Shown: positions 48,535-59,156 of the stretch, one piece after another
How the letters are laid out: each line of letters opens with the position of its first letter
Position numbering within the stretch: position 1 is the stretch's first letter
Source: Gemmatimonadota bacterium
Lineage (GTDB): Bacteria > Gemmatimonadota > Gemmatimonadetes > Longimicrobiales > Gaopeijiaceae
DNA: 61,244 nucleotides
Direction of reading: 5' to 3'
Assembly (NCBI GenBank): GCA_039589315.1
Contig: JBDHHQ010000019.1
Location: 1 to 61,244 of the forward strand
Made by a program: the position numbers and the translations under genes
The notes under the pieces: model-generated
Told to the model about the DNA's origin: nothing
The model's input: only the letters and a program-made list of their open reading frames with translations
Database searches by the model: none

Positions 48535-48600
48535 GCGGGTTCGACGCTTCCCTCAGGAGGCTCCGCCGCGCTCGCCAGCGGTGCCGCCCACGGCCACGGC

Positions 48601-49377
48601 TCAGCTCAGCTGCCCGGCCGGATCCGGTGAGAGCGTGAGGATGCGAGGACCGTCCACCGTCACCGCCACCGTGTGCTCGAAGTGGGCGGAGCGAGACCGG
48701 TCCTGGGTGACCACGGTCCACCGGTCCGACAGGGTCCGGATGCGATCCGTGCCGAGGCTGAGCATGGGCTCGATGGCCAGCACCATGCCCTCGCGGAGTG
48801 GAGCGCCGAAACCGGCCCGCCCCACGTTGGGAACTTGCGGCTCCTCGTGGACGTCACGGCCCACTGCATGGCCGACCAGATCCCGGACGACGCTCATGCC
48901 GGTCCCGTCCACGACGCCCATGACCGCCGCACCGATGTCACCGATGTGATTGCCGGGCAGGGCGACCTCGATCGCGTCCCCGAGCGCCGCCTCGGTGACC
49001 TGGAGTAGCCTGCGGGTGGGCGGATCCACATCACCCACCGGGTAGGTCCACGCCGAGTCGGAGCACCAGCCGTCGAGCCGCACGCCCACGTCCACCGAGA
49101 CGATGTCCCCCTCCCGCAGGACCCGACGTGCGCTGGGGATCCCGTGGACGATCTCCTCGTTCACCGAAACGCAGACGGCCCCCGGGAATCCGTATAGGCC
49201 CTTGAACGCGGGCTCCGCACCGTCGTGGGACACGATGAAGTCGTCGCAGAAGCGGTCGAGCTCCAGGGTCGTGACACCCGGGCGCACCCTGGTGGCGAGC
49301 TCGGCAAGGAGGGCCCCGATGATGGCGCCCCCCCTCGCGATCATGTCGATCTCACCGGCCGTCTTGAGGTACATCAC
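48601..49377 (-). CDS. map: Methionine aminopeptidase type I
   Basis: CVSVNEEIVHGIP, DVG...DSA, GH.VGRDVHEEP, AIEPM, SAHFEHT. Start at GTG 49377 or ATG 49374, overlapping the adk stop. Confidence 0.97.
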   Translation of the reverse strand: MMYLKTAGEIDMIARGGAIIGALLAELATRVRPGVTTLELDRFCDDFIVSHDGAEPAFKGLYGFPGAVCVSVNEEIVHGIPSARRVLREGDIVSVDVGVRLDGWCSDSAWTYPVGDVDPPTRRLLQVTEAALGDAIEVALPGNHIGDIGAAVMGVVDGTGMSVVRDLVGHAVGRDVHEEPQVPNVGRAGFGAPLREGMVLAIEPMLSLGTDRIRTLSDRWTVVTQDRSRSAHFEHTVAVTVDGPRILTLSPDPAGQLS

Positions 49378-50057
49378 GGTCCGGAGACCCCCTCGCCGGC
49401 GGAGGCGCGGCCGGCGATGACCGCCGCGATCACACCCTGGTGCACGTCCTCGACGCCCTCGTCCCCCGTGACGTACCAGACCGGAGTCGGACTGGCTTCG
49501 TAGTAGCGGATCAGAGGCTCGGTCTGACGCCGATACACCTCGAGGCGGTTCCGGACGGTCGCGGGCTCGTCGTCGGGACGTTGTGCAAGCTCCCCACCGC
49601 ACCGGTCGCAAACGCCCGCGGACGTGGGCGGGGTGAAATGCACATTGTACACCGTACCGCAATCGACGCAGCTCCGGCGGCCTGCCAGGCGCTTCACGAT
49701 CACCTCGTCGTCGCCCTCGAGGACCACGACGCCGTTCACCATTCGCCCCCGATCCCGCAGGACCGGCACCAGGGCCTCGGCCTGGGCCTCGGTCCGGGGA
49801 AAACCGTCGAAGACGATGTCCTGGCTAGCGGGGAGGGTGTCGATGTGCTCGGCGACCATTTCGATGATCAACGAGTCGGGCACGAGCTCACCGGCGTCCA
49901 TGAACGCCTGGGCCCGTCGCCCGAGCTCGGTTCCCTCCTTCCGGGCCGCCCGCAACAGGTCTCCGCTCGAGACGTGCCACATACCGGTGGCGTCCACCAG
50001 CATCTTGGCTTGCGTACCCTTCCCGATCCCCGGAGGCCCCAACAGAATGATGGTCAT
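49374..50057 (-). CDS. adk: Adenylate kinase
   Basis: GPPGIGKGTQ, G.LVPD, DGFPRT, Zn-lid CxxC...CxxC, QRPDD. Start at ATG 50057. Confidence 0.98.
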   Translation of the reverse strand: MTIILLGPPGIGKGTQAKMLVDATGMWHVSSGDLLRAARKEGTELGRRAQAFMDAGELVPDSLIIEMVAEHIDTLPASQDIVFDGFPRTEAQAEALVPVLRDRGRMVNGVVVLEGDDEVIVKRLAGRRSCVDCGTVYNVHFTPPTSAGVCDRCGGELAQRPDDEPATVRNRLEVYRRQTEPLIRYYEASPTPVWYVTGDEGVEDVHQGVIAAVIAGRASAGEGVSGP

Positions 50058-50229
50058 TGTCGTGTTCCCGTCCTTCGATGTGCCACGCCGACCCAGCCGG
50101 TCGGCTGTGTCGGCCACAGGCCGACCCTCGCTGTGTGCACCGTTTCGGTCGAGCCCATCAACTACGGTGGGCGACCCACCTCCCTCCCCAAGATCCGGGG
50201 CGCCGAGGTACATGCTCCGGCGCTTGAAA

Positions 50230-50374
50230 GGGCGAGCGTCGCTCCCCCTCGTGCAAGACTCGGCGCCAGGCGATCCAAAGGCGCCGGCGCCGAGCGTAGG
50301 CCCCACCCGAATTGGAGCAACCGTCCTGGTTGCGGGCCGAAGCGGTCTGGAGCGAGGGGGAGCGACGCTCGCCC
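50230..50374. repeat. 145-bp element bounded by a perfect 22-bp inverted repeat, with internal hairpins
   Basis: GGGCGAGCGTCGCTCCCCCTCG (50230-50251) is the exact reverse complement of 50353-50374. Inner stems 50259-50267/50286-50294 and 50317-50322/50328-50333. Confidence 0.8.
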
Positions 50375-50389
50375 CCGCCCACGACCCAA

Positions 50390-51703
50390 CTACATGTACC
50401 GCTGCCGCCCCCGCATCTTCACCCTCCCCTTCTTCATGAAGCCGTCATAATGCCGGAGGAGGAGGTGCTGTTGCGCCTGCTGCACGGTGTCCAGCGCCAC
50501 ACCCACGACGATGAGCAGCCCGGTGCCACCGAAGAAGAAGGTCTGGATGTTGAAGATGTCGAAGATCCAGAACGGCAGTAGCGCGATCAGGGCCAGGTAT
50601 ACGGAGCCGGGCAGCGTGACGCGTGTCAGCACCCGGTCGATGTACTCGGCGGTACGGGTCCCGGGCTTCACTCCGGGCACGAACGCCCCCTGCTTCTTCA
50701 GGTTCTCCGCCAGGTCCACCGGATTGAAGATGATGGCCGTATAGAAGTACGTGAAGAACAGGATGAGCAACCCGTACGTGGTGTAGTAGAGCCATGTCTG
50801 GGGCTGGAACAGATCCGAGATCGTCTGGAGGATCCCGGCGCTGGAGAAGGCCGCGAGCGTCCCGGGCACGATGATGAACGACTGGGCGAAGATGATGGGC
50901 ATCACGCCGGCCGAGTTGACCCGGATGGGAATGAAGCTCTTCTGACCCTCTCGGATCCGCCCCCGGCCCATCACCTTCCTGGGGATCTGGACCGGGATCT
51001 TCCGGGCAGCCATGGTCATGGCGGTCACCCCGGCGGTGACGCCGACGATGACGGCCAGCAACGCGACCATGGCGAATACGCCGATCTCGCCGAGCATCAC
51101 GGCCTCCCACGTCCGGGCCACTGCCGCGGGGAAGCCTTCGATGATGGAGAAGAAGATCAGGAGGGACATGCCGTTCCCGATGCCGCGCTCGGTGATCTGC
51201 TCACCGAGCCACATGACGAAGATCCCACCGGTGGTCAGGGCCGTGACGGTGGTGAACGTGAAGCCGAACCCGGGGGTCCGTACGGCACCGGGGATGCTCT
51301 GCAGGAACGCGGAGTAGCCGTACGCCTGGACGATGCAGAGCGCCACGGTCGTGTAGCGCGTCCACTGCGTGAGCTTCTTCCGGCCCTCGTCCCCCTCCTT
51401 CTGGAGCTTCTCGATTGTGGGGAACACCGCGGCCAAGAGCTGGAACATGATGCTGGCCGAGATATAGGGCATGATGCCCAGAGCGAAGATGGTGGCCCGG
51501 GAAAGGCCACCGCCCACGAACATGTCGTATACGCCGAACAGCGTGTTCTGGAGCTGGCCGAACTGGGCCTGGAGCGCGCCGACGTCCAGGCCCGGCACGG
51601 TGATGTGAGCCCCGATCCGGTAGATCAGGAGCATGAGGAGCGTGAAGAGGATCTTCTCCTTCAGCTCCGGGACTCGGAACAGGTTCGGGATCGGGTTGGC
51701 CAT
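50390..51703 (-). CDS. secY: Preprotein translocase subunit SecY
   Basis: IFALGIMPYISASI, WLGEQITERGIGNG.SL.IF, AGVMPIIFA, GGTGLLIVVGV. Confidence 0.99.
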   Translation of the reverse strand: MANPIPNLFRVPELKEKILFTLLMLLIYRIGAHITVPGLDVGALQAQFGQLQNTLFGVYDMFVGGGLSRATIFALGIMPYISASIMFQLLAAVFPTIEKLQKEGDEGRKKLTQWTRYTTVALCIVQAYGYSAFLQSIPGAVRTPGFGFTFTTVTALTTGGIFVMWLGEQITERGIGNGMSLLIFFSIIEGFPAAVARTWEAVMLGEIGVFAMVALLAVIVGVTAGVTAMTMAARKIPVQIPRKVMGRGRIREGQKSFIPIRVNSAGVMPIIFAQSFIIVPGTLAAFSSAGILQTISDLFQPQTWLYYTTYGLLILFFTYFYTAIIFNPVDLAENLKKQGAFVPGVKPGTRTAEYIDRVLTRVTLPGSVYLALIALLPFWIFDIFNIQTFFFGGTGLLIVVGVALDTVQQAQQHLLLRHYDGFMKKGRVKMRGRQRYM

Positions 51704-51709
51704 CTGCCG

Positions 51710-52168
51710 TTACGACTCGTCGTGGCTGCCGACCACCGACACGCTGCCGCCGGCGGCTTCGATCTTCGCGCGGGCGCTACCGCTGAAGGCGTGCGCTCTG
51801 ACGTTGAGCGCCCGGTCCACCTCACCCACCCCGAGGATCTTCACCGGCAGCCGAAGTGAGCGGATCAGGCCTCCGGCACGGAGGTCCTGGGGCGTCACGT
51901 CCGAGACGTCCAGCCGCGCCAGGTCGCGCACGTTGACGACCTGGTACTCGACCCGGTTCCGGTTCGAGAAGCCTCGCTTCGGAATCCGCCGCTGGAGGGG
52001 CATCTGTCCCCCCTCGAACCCAGCGGACACACCCCCGCCGCTCCTGGAGTTCTGGCCCTTCTGCCCCCGCCCGGCTGTCTTGCCGGTGCCCGAGCCCTGG
52101 CCCCGGCCCACGCGCTTGCGACTGCGGTGCGAGCCCGCTGCGGGATGAAGGTCGTGTAGCTCCGCCAT
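51710..52168 (-). CDS. rplO: 50S ribosomal protein L15
   Basis: [37 protein letters not shown]. Confidence 0.99.
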   Translation of the reverse strand: MAELHDLHPAAGSHRSRKRVGRGQGSGTGKTAGRGQKGQNSRSGGGVSAGFEGGQMPLQRRIPKRGFSNRNRVEYQVVNVRDLARLDVSDVTPQDLRAGGLIRSLRLPVKILGVGEVDRALNVRAHAFSGSARAKIEAAGGSVSVVGSHDES

Positions 52169-52170
52169 CT

Positions 52171-52371
52171 CTATTCCTCGATCTCGTTGACGCTGACCAG
52201 GTGCTCGACCTGCGCGATCATGCCCCGGATCGCCGGGCTGTCCTCCTGCACGACGGACTGCTGGTGCCGCCGGATTCCCAGGGCCCTCAGCGTCCGACGG
52301 TGCTTGGTCGGCCGACCGATGCCGCTCCGCACCTGCTTGATCTCCAGCTTCTTCACCTTCTTCCTAGCCAC
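52171..52371 (-). CDS. rpmD: 50S ribosomal protein L30
   Basis: IKQVRSGIG...[18 protein letters not shown]; syntenic position. Confidence 0.97.
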   Translation of the reverse strand: MARKKVKKLEIKQVRSGIGRPTKHRRTLRALGIRRHQQSVVQEDSPAIRGMIAQVEHLVSVNEIEE

Positions 52372-52885
52372 CGTACACTCCCAGCTCCTCGACGGACACG
52401 CCCCGCTCGCGCGCGGCCTGCTCGGCGGTCACGAGGTTGGTGAGACCGTTCATCGTCGCTCGGACCACGTTGATGGGGTTGTTGCTGCCCAGGCTCTTCG
52501 TGAGGACGTCGGTGATCCCTGCCGCCTCGACCACGGCTCGGACCGGACCACCGGCGATGACGCCAGTTCCGGGCGCCGCCGGCCGGAGCAGCACCCGACC
52601 CGCACCCCATTCGCCCACGATGTCGTGAGGAATCGTCCCGTTGATCACGGGGACCGCGACCATGTCCTTACGGGCCCGCTCGAACGCCTTCCGGATCGCC
52701 TCGGCCACCTCGCTGGCCTTCGCGAGACCGATGCCCACCCGACCTTCCTGGTCGCCTACCGAGACCAGAGCGGTGAAGGAGAAGCGCCGGCCGCCTTTGA
52801 CCACCTTGGCGACACGGTTGATGTGGATGACGTTCTCGGCCTGCTCGCTGTCGCGACTCCGGCCCCCCCTGCTGTCTCTAGCCAT
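52364..52885 (-). CDS. rpsE: 30S ribosomal protein S5
   Basis: [30 protein letters not shown]. Confidence 0.99.
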   Translation of the reverse strand: MARDSRGGRSRDSEQAENVIHINRVAKVVKGGRRFSFTALVSVGDQEGRVGIGLAKASEVAEAIRKAFERARKDMVAVPVINGTIPHDIVGEWGAGRVLLRPAAPGTGVIAGGPVRAVVEAAGITDVLTKSLGSNNPINVVRATMNGLTNLVTAEQAARERGVSVEELGVYGG

Positions 52886-53262
52886 TAGAAATTGAGCCCT
52901 CCCTCACGGGCACCTTCCGCAAAAGCCTGAACCCGGCCGTGGTACCTGTAGCCACCCCGGTCGAAGACGACGTGCTCGATCCCCTTCTCCTTCGCCCGCT
53001 CCGCGAGGAGCTTCCCCGCGGCGCGCGCGCGCTGTATCTGCCGATGCTCGTCCTCGAGCTCTAACTCCCTGAGCGCCGGAGCCCGCGTGGACACGCCCAC
53101 GAGCGTCTGTGACGCGTCGTCATCGACGAGCTGTCCCTCCATGTGCTTCAGGGACCGGAACACCACCAGGCGGGGACGCGTGGCGGAGCCGGATATCCGC
53201 TTCCGGATGCTCGTCTTCCGGCGAGCACGGCGAAGCTGACGGGGGTTGGTGTTTCGCGACAT
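52885..53262 (-). CDS. rplR: 50S ribosomal protein L18
   Basis: [30 protein letters not shown]. Confidence 0.98.
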   Translation of the reverse strand: MSRNTNPRQLRRARRKTSIRKRISGSATRPRLVVFRSLKHMEGQLVDDDASQTLVGVSTRAPALRELELEDEHRQIQRARAAGKLLAERAKEKGIEHVVFDRGGYRYHGRVQAFAEGAREGGLNF

Positions 53263-53332
53263 TTCGACTTCCTGGATTACTGACTGTTTCTAGTGCCCAC
53301 CGCTCCCGCCGTGGGCGCGGCATCCGTGTCGG

Positions 53333-53872
53333 TTAGGCGCCAGCCGTCTTCCCGGCCTTCCGGCGCACGTGCTCGCCCTGATAGCGAACGCCCTTGCCCT
53401 TGTAGGGCTCCGGCGGCCTGAACGAGCGGATCTCGGCGGCCACCTGGCCAACGAGCTGCTTGTCGATGCCCTCGACGATCACCTGGGTCGGCTGAGGCAC
53501 CTCCAGGCTCACGCCCGACGGAGCGTCGTACTGGATGGGGTGGGAGAACCCGAGCTGCAGGTGCACTCCCTTGCCCTTCTTTTCCGCCCGGTACCCGACG
53601 CCCACGATCTCCAGCGTCTTCTTGTACCCGTTGGTCACGCCCTCGACCATGTTCGCCACCAGGGTCCGGCTCAGGCCATGGAGCGCTCGGTGGCGCGACT
53701 GGTCGGAGGGACGGCTCACCACGACCTGGCCGTCGTCCACTTTCACCTCGATCTCCTTGGGAAGCCTTTGCGTGAGCTCCCCCTTCGGACCTTTCACGGT
53801 GACGTGGACGCCATCGATCGCGATGGTCACGCTGCTGGGCACCGGAACGGGTTGTCTGCCAATTCTCGACAT
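53333..53872 (-). CDS. rplF: 50S ribosomal protein L6
   Basis: [28 protein letters not shown]. Confidence 0.99.
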   Translation of the reverse strand: MSRIGRQPVPVPSSVTIAIDGVHVTVKGPKGELTQRLPKEIEVKVDDGQVVVSRPSDQSRHRALHGLSRTLVANMVEGVTNGYKKTLEIVGVGYRAEKKGKGVHLQLGFSHPIQYDAPSGVSLEVPQPTQVIVEGIDKQLVGQVAAEIRSFRPPEPYKGKGVRYQGEHVRRKAGKTAGA

Positions 53873-53881
53873 GATCAGTCT

Positions 53882-54274
53882 CTACCAGACAATTGCCATC
53901 AGCTCACCGCCCACGCCCTCCTTGCGGGCGGATCGGTCGGACATGAGCCCGTGCGAGGTGGAAAGGATCGCCATGCCCAATCCGTTCCGAACACGCGGGA
54001 TCTCGCCGACGCCCACGTAGTGCCGGCGCCCGGGGCGGGAGACCCGCTCGAGGTGCCGGATGAGCGGCGCCCCGTCGTGATACTTCAGGTACACCCGCAG
54101 CACGCCGAAGCGACCGTCGTCCAGCACCTTGTGGTCATAAACGAAATGGTTGTCGGCCAACAGCTTGGCCATCTCCACCTTCACCTTCGAAACCGGCATG
54201 TCCACCCACCGGTGGCCGGCCGTGCCGGCGTTTCGGATGCGGGTGAGCAGGTCGGCGATCGGGTCGGTCATCAT
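53882..54274 (-). CDS. rpsH: 30S ribosomal protein S8
   Basis: MTDPIADLLTRIRNA, RVSRPGRR.Y, GVGGE. Confidence 0.99.
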   Translation of the reverse strand: MMTDPIADLLTRIRNAGTAGHRWVDMPVSKVKVEMAKLLADNHFVYDHKVLDDGRFGVLRVYLKYHDGAPLIRHLERVSRPGRRHYVGVGEIPRVRNGLGMAILSTSHGLMSDRSARKEGVGGELMAIVW

Positions 54275-54289
54275 AGGGAATTCGGTCCT

Positions 54290-54475
54290 TTACCAGCTTG
54301 ACTTGCGCACGCCCGGAATCTCACCCCGCAGCGCCATCTCCCGGAAGCAGATCCGGCAGAGGCCGAACTTCCGGATGAAGGCCCGGGGCCGCCCGCAGCG
54401 ACCACAACGGTTCACCTTGCGCGCCGAGAACTTGGGCTCGCGATTCGCCTTTTCGATCAACGCCTTCTTGGCCAT
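54290..54475 (-). CDS. rpsN: 30S ribosomal protein S14, short zinc-binding type Z
   Basis: 61 aa; [10 protein letters not shown]...[10 protein letters not shown]. Confidence 0.98.
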   Translation of the reverse strand: MAKKALIEKANREPKFSARKVNRCGRCGRPRAFIRKFGLCRICFREMALRGEIPGVRKSSW

Positions 54476-54519
54476 TCAACCCTCGTCCGGAATGCGTGCG
54501 CTTCGTACATAGCGCATCG

Positions 54520-55095
54520 TCAGTTTGCTGCCCCGCCGATCACCACCGGGACCTCGCCGCGGAACGGGAACCCCATCTCTCTCAGGAGAGCGTAGGCCTC
54601 GTCGTCCCTGTCGGTGCTGGTCACGATCGTGATGTCCATCCCGTGTATCTTGTTCACCCGGTCGTAGTCGATCTCCGGGAAGATGATCTGCTCCCGAATG
54701 CCCATCGTGTAGTTGCCCCGCCCGTCGAACGAGCGCGTGGCCAGACCCCGGAAATCGCGGATACGGGGGATGGCCATGCTCACGAGCCGGTCCAGAAACT
54801 CGTACATGCGAATCCGCCGGAGCGTGACGGAAGCCCCGACCGGCATGCCTTCGCGCAGCGAGAAGTTCGAGATGGCCCGGCGGGCCCTCGTCACGACGGG
54901 ACGCTGCCCGGAGATGATACCCAACTCCTCGACGACGCTGTCCAGCAGCTTCTGGTTCTTCGACGCCTCACCCACGCCCACGTTCAGGACGACCTTGGTA
55001 ACCCGCGGTACCTGGTGCGGGTTGCCGTAGCCGAACTGATCCGTCAGCGCAGGCGTCACGTGGTCTCTGTAATGCAGTTGCAGTCGCGATTCCAT
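54520..55095 (-). CDS. rplE: 50S ribosomal protein L5
   Basis: VP...KVVLN.GVGEA, PRIRDFRG, FDGRGNY, IFPEI. Probable start at ATG 55095. Confidence 0.98.
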   Translation of the reverse strand: MESRLQLHYRDHVTPALTDQFGYGNPHQVPRVTKVVLNVGVGEASKNQKLLDSVVEELGIISGQRPVVTRARRAISNFSLREGMPVGASVTLRRIRMYEFLDRLVSMAIPRIRDFRGLATRSFDGRGNYTMGIREQIIFPEIDYDRVNKIHGMDITIVTSTDRDDEAYALLREMGFPFRGEVPVVIGGAAN

Positions 55096-55166
55096 TTTTC
55101 CCAATCGTCCGTCCTACCGGCCCGTCCCTCTCCGAACTGCCGGCGACCTGTTGTCGTGGTGCGCCT

Positions 55167-55505
55167 CTATGGGACCGGGATGGGGTTTCCGGTCTTCACG
55201 GCGATCCTCTCTTTGGTACCGTCGGCCTCCAGCCGCATGCGAACGCGGCTGGCGTCGTCCGACGCGGGGTCGACCAGCATGACGTTGGAGATGTGGATGG
55301 GCGCCTCGAAGGTCATGATCCCACCCTCTGGGTTCGCCTGGGTTGGACGCTCATGCCGCTTCCGCATGTTCACGCCCTCGACCACCAGCCGGCTCTTGTC
55401 ACGCAGCACCCTCAGTACCGGGCCCTCCATGTCCCGGAAGTTGCCGCGGATCACGCGCACGCGATCCCCCTTCACGATCCGGAACTTGGGCGTCTTCTTC
55501 GCCAT
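55167..55505 (-). CDS. rplX: 50S ribosomal protein L24
   Basis: KGD.V.VI.G, VEGVN, EAPIHISNV. Confidence 0.98.
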   Translation of the reverse strand: MAKKTPKFRIVKGDRVRVIRGNFRDMEGPVLRVLRDKSRLVVEGVNMRKRHERPTQANPEGGIMTFEAPIHISNVMLVDPASDDASRVRMRLEADGTKERIAVKTGNPIPVP

Positions 55506-55874
55506 CTACAGAACCTCTGGTGCGAGTGAGACGATCTTCATGTACCGCTTTTCGCGAAGCTCCCGGCCGACCGGCCCGAAGATGCGCGTGCCGCGAGGCT
55601 CGCCCTGCGGGTTGATCAGCACCGCCGCGTTGTCGTCGAACCGGATGTACGAGCCATCGCGGCGGCGTACCTCTTTTGCGGTTCTCACCACGACGGCTTC
55701 GGCGACCTCACCCTTCTTCACACCGGCGTTCGGAATGGCGTCCTTGATGGTGACCACCACCCGATCGCCGACCCGGGCGTACCGCCGGCCAGAGCCGCCG
55801 AGCACGCGGATGCATAGCGCCTTCTTGGCGCCCGTGTTGTCGGCGATCCTGAGCATCGACTCCTGCTGAATCAT
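55506..55874 (-). CDS. rplN: 50S ribosomal protein L14
   Basis: [33 protein letters not shown]. Confidence 0.99.
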   Translation of the reverse strand: MIQQESMLRIADNTGAKKALCIRVLGGSGRRYARVGDRVVVTIKDAIPNAGVKKGEVAEAVVVRTAKEVRRRDGSYIRFDDNAAVLINPQGEPRGTRIFGPVGRELREKRYMKIVSLAPEVL

Positions 55875-55892
55875 TGATCTCTCCCCGGACCG

Positions 55893-56183
55893 CTACTCAG
55901 GCCGCTCGAGCAGTTCAACGACCCGCCAGCGCTTGAGCTTGGAGAGCGGCCGGGTCTCCGTGATCCGGACCACGTCTCCGACTCGATACTCGTTGGCCTC
56001 GTCGTGGGCATGGTGCTTGGTCGAACGCTTCACCTGCTTCCTGTACAGCGGATGGGCAAACTGCCGCTCGACTTGCACGACCACCGTCTTGTCGCCTCGG
56101 TCGCTCACCACCCGACCCGTACGGGTCTTGCGGCGGTTCCGAGGCTCGGCGGCGGTGCCTTGCTCCTGCAGTTCTTCGGTCAT
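55893..56183 (-). CDS. rpsQ: 30S ribosomal protein S17
   Basis: G.VVSD..DKTVVV, HPLY.K, AHDE, ETRPLSK.KRW. Start at ATG 56183. Confidence 0.98.
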   Translation of the reverse strand: MTEELQEQGTAAEPRNRRKTRTGRVVSDRGDKTVVVQVERQFAHPLYRKQVKRSTKHHAHDEANEYRVGDVVRITETRPLSKLKRWRVVELLERPE

Positions 56184-56202
56184 CGGAGTCTTCTGCTCTC
56201 GT

Positions 56203-56409
56203 TCAGCTATCGGCCGCGAGCTGCCGCTCACGGAGGATCGTCATCAGGCGGGCCACGTCCCGGCGGAGCACCCGCAGCAAGCTCGGGTTCTCCAGCTCCA
56301 TCGTGGCGCTACGGAACCGGAGTCGGAACAGCTCGTTCTTCAGCTCCCCGATCCGGATCTGGATCTCGTTGTCGTCCCACTCCCGGATGTCTTCAGCCTT
56401 CAAGGTCAT
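56203..56409 (-). CDS. rpmC: 50S ribosomal protein L29
   Basis: LK.ELF.LRF, LENP..LR..RRDVAR..T. Confidence 0.97.
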   Translation of the reverse strand: MTLKAEDIREWDDNEIQIRIGELKNELFRLRFRSATMELENPSLLRVLRRDVARLMTILRERQLAADS

Positions 56410-56412
56410 GGC

Positions 56413-56835
56413 CTACACTCCCAACTGCCGGTCGCGCACCACGAAGCGCGTCTTGATGGGCAACTTCGCCGAAGCCAGCTCCATGGCCCGCTGTGCGACG
56501 GACTCGGGCACGCCCTCCAGCTCGAACATGATCCGGCCGGGCTTGACCACCGCCACCCACTTCTCCGGGTTCCCCTTCCCCTTGCCCATGCGGGTCTCCG
56601 CCGGCTTCTGGGTGATGGGCTTGTCGGGGAAGATACGGATCCAGACCTTTCCGCCACGCTTGATGTGCCGCGTCATCGCCACACGGGCCGCCTCGATCTG
56701 CCGGTTGCTGATCCAGGCGGGCTCGGTGGCCTGCAGGCCGTACTCCCCGAACGAGACCTTGCTCCCCCGGTGAGCCAGACCCCTCATCTTGCCCTTGAAG
56801 GTCTTGCGGTGCTTTACTCGCTTCGGCGCTAGCAT
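56413..56835 (-). CDS. rplP: 50S ribosomal protein L16
   Basis: [31 protein letters not shown]. Confidence 0.99.
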   Translation of the reverse strand: MLAPKRVKHRKTFKGKMRGLAHRGSKVSFGEYGLQATEPAWISNRQIEAARVAMTRHIKRGGKVWIRIFPDKPITQKPAETRMGKGKGNPEKWVAVVKPGRIMFELEGVPESVAQRAMELASAKLPIKTRFVVRDRQLGV

Positions 56836-56862
56836 TGCTTTCTACCGTTCGTTGGTCGTCGC

Positions 56863-57537
56863 TCAGCGCGTGGCCGAGCCGCCACCGGCCGAGTACGTGC
56901 GGCCCTGCCGCTCGTCGACGACCTCTCCTTTGAAGATCCAGCACTTCACCCCGACGGTGCCGTACGTCGTCTTTGCCGTGTGTTGGGCGTAATCGATGTC
57001 CGCCCGCAGCGTGTGGAGCGGCACCCGGCCCTCGTTGTACCCCTCGGTTCGAGCGATCTCGGCCCCGCCCAAGCGGCCGCTGCATTGGATCTTGATCCCC
57101 TCGGCCCCAGCCCGGATCGCCGACTGAACCGCCCGCTTCATCGCCCGGCGGAAGGAGATCCTCTGCCGCAGCTGATGCGCCACGCTTTCGGCGACGAGGC
57201 CCGCGTCGATCTCGGGTCGCTTGATCTCCTCGACGTTGATGGAGACCTCCGACGCCGTAAGCACGCTGAGCTCGTCGCGCAGCTTGTCGACCTCGGCGCC
57301 CCGCTTGCCGATGACCACGCCCGGCCGGGCCGTGTGCATCGTCACGACGATCTTCGACGGCTTGCGCTCGATGTCCACGCTGGACACGGCCGCGTGCTGC
57401 ATACGGCGGCTGAGGTACCTCCGGATCGTCTCGTCCTCCTTGAGGAGGCGAGGGAAGTCCCGCTCGGCATACCAGCGCGACTTCCAGTCCTTCACGATAC
57501 CGAGCCTGAATCCGTACGGGTGCGTCTTCTGTCCCAT
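56863..57537 (-). CDS. rpsC: 30S ribosomal protein S3
   Basis: [44 protein letters not shown]. Confidence 0.99.
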   Translation of the reverse strand: MGQKTHPYGFRLGIVKDWKSRWYAERDFPRLLKEDETIRRYLSRRMQHAAVSSVDIERKPSKIVVTMHTARPGVVIGKRGAEVDKLRDELSVLTASEVSINVEEIKRPEIDAGLVAESVAHQLRQRISFRRAMKRAVQSAIRAGAEGIKIQCSGRLGGAEIARTEGYNEGRVPLHTLRADIDYAQHTAKTTYGTVGVKCWIFKGEVVDERQGRTYSAGGGSATR

Positions 57538-57593
57538 CCAGTCTTTCTCCTGGCGCTGGCGGTCGTTCGACCGCCAGCATCGCGAGTCCCTTC

Positions 57594-57944
57594 CTAGTCC
57601 GTGTTTCCGACGACCACCGTGATGTGGCTCGTGCGCCGGCGCCGTGGTGCGGCGCGACCCATGGCCGCGGCACGCCAGCGCCGGTAGGTGGGCCCTTCGT
57701 CCACGAACGCCTCGCTCACCACGAGCTCGTCGACGTCCAGCACGTCGCCCTGCTCCTCAGCCCTGTTCTGGGCGTTGGCGACGGCCGACCGGAGGGTCTT
57801 ACGCACCGGGTCCGACGCCGCCTTCTTTGAGTGGCGCAGGAGCCCGTAGGCTTCGTTCACCGGGCGGCCGCGGATCTGGTCCACCACCAGGCGGACCTTC
57901 CGCGGACTCATGCGGATCTGCTTCGCTACGGCCTTGGCAGTCAT
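57594..57944 (-). CDS. rplV: 50S ribosomal protein L22
   Basis: [27 protein letters not shown]. Confidence 0.98.
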   Translation of the reverse strand: MTAKAVAKQIRMSPRKVRLVVDQIRGRPVNEAYGLLRHSKKAASDPVRKTLRSAVANAQNRAEEQGDVLDVDELVVSEAFVDEGPTYRRWRAAAMGRAAPRRRRTSHITVVVGNTD

Positions 57945-57961
57945 CTTCTCGTGCCTCTCGC

Positions 57962-58249
57962 TCAGCGTGCCCGTGACCGCTTGTCGGCCAGCTTGCCGCC
58001 GTGTCCCCTGAACAGCCGCGTCGGCGCGAACTCGCCGAGCTTGTGGCCCACCATGTTCTCGGTGATGTACACGGGGATGAACTTGTTCCCGTTGTGCACC
58101 GCGATCGTGTGTCCGACGAAGTCGGGTGAGATCGTGGACGCCCGCGACCAGGTCTTGATGACCTTTCTCTCGTTCCGGGAGTTCATCACCTCGACCTTTT
58201 CGAGGAGGCGATCATCGATGTAAGGTCCCTTACTGACGCTACGCGGCAT
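57962..58249 (-). CDS. rpsS: 30S ribosomal protein S19
   Basis: [22 protein letters not shown]. Confidence 0.99.
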   Translation of the reverse strand: MPRSVSKGPYIDDRLLEKVEVMNSRNERKVIKTWSRASTISPDFVGHTIAVHNGNKFIPVYITENMVGHKLGEFAPTRLFRGHGGKLADKRSRAR

Positions 58250-58309
58250 TCGAACCTCTTGGTTGCCGTCCTGGTCTACCCGGCGCCACTGACGCGCCGG
58301 CTCGGGGCG

Positions 58310-59152
58310 TCAAGACCTCGTGGCCTTGCCGCGTTTCCGACCGCGAACGATGTACTTGCTCGATTCCTTCTTCTTCTTCCGGGTCTTCTTACCCTCGGGC
58401 TTGCCCCACGGTGAAACCGGGGGACGGCCGCCCGAGGAGCGGCCCTCACCGCCGCCGAGGGGGTGATCCACCGGGTTCATGGCGACGCCGCGGACCTTGG
58501 GGCGCCGTCCGCGCCACCGGTTGGCCCCGGCCTTGCCCAGCGTGCGGAGCTCGTGGTCCGTGTTGCCAACCTGGCCGATGGTAGCCATGCACTCCTTGCG
58601 GACGCGCCGAACCTCCGTGGACGGCAGGCGGAGCGTCACATAGTCGCCCTCCTTCGCCACGATCTGGACTCCGGCGCCGGCGGAGCGGGCCATCTGGCCG
58701 CCCTTCCCGGGCTTCAACTCCACGTTGTGGACGGTCGTACCCAACGGGATGCGCTCCATGGGCAGGGCGTTGCCCACCCGAATATCCGCCTGGGACCCGG
58801 CATTCACCACCGAGCCCACGGCCAGCCCTCGGGGATGGACGATGTACCGCTTCTCTCCGTCCTCGTAGTGGATCAGCGCGATGTTGGCGCTGCGGTTCGG
58901 ATCGTACTCGATCTCCGCCACATGACCGATGACGCCGACCTTGTCCCGCTTGAAGTCGATGCGGCGATATTTGCGCTTGTGCCCGCCGCCCCGGCGGCGC
59001 AGGGTGATCCGGCCGTGGTGGTTCCGCCCTCCCGAGCCCTTCAGGGACTCGGTAAGGGACTTCTCCGGCCCCTTCCGCGTGATGTCGCTTCCCGCCGTGA
59101 CCGAGCGGAATCGGCTACCCGGTGTCACCGGCTTGAATCGCTTGAGTGGCAT
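58310..59152 (-). CDS. rplB: 50S ribosomal protein L2
   Basis: [28 protein letters not shown]. Confidence 0.99.
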   Translation of the reverse strand: MPLKRFKPVTPGSRFRSVTAGSDITRKGPEKSLTESLKGSGGRNHHGRITLRRRGGGHKRKYRRIDFKRDKVGVIGHVAEIEYDPNRSANIALIHYEDGEKRYIVHPRGLAVGSVVNAGSQADIRVGNALPMERIPLGTTVHNVELKPGKGGQMARSAGAGVQIVAKEGDYVTLRLPSTEVRRVRKECMATIGQVGNTDHELRTLGKAGANRWRGRRPKVRGVAMNPVDHPLGGGEGRSSGGRPPVSPWGKPEGKKTRKKKKESSKYIVRGRKRGKATRS

Positions 59153-59156
59153 GGCT

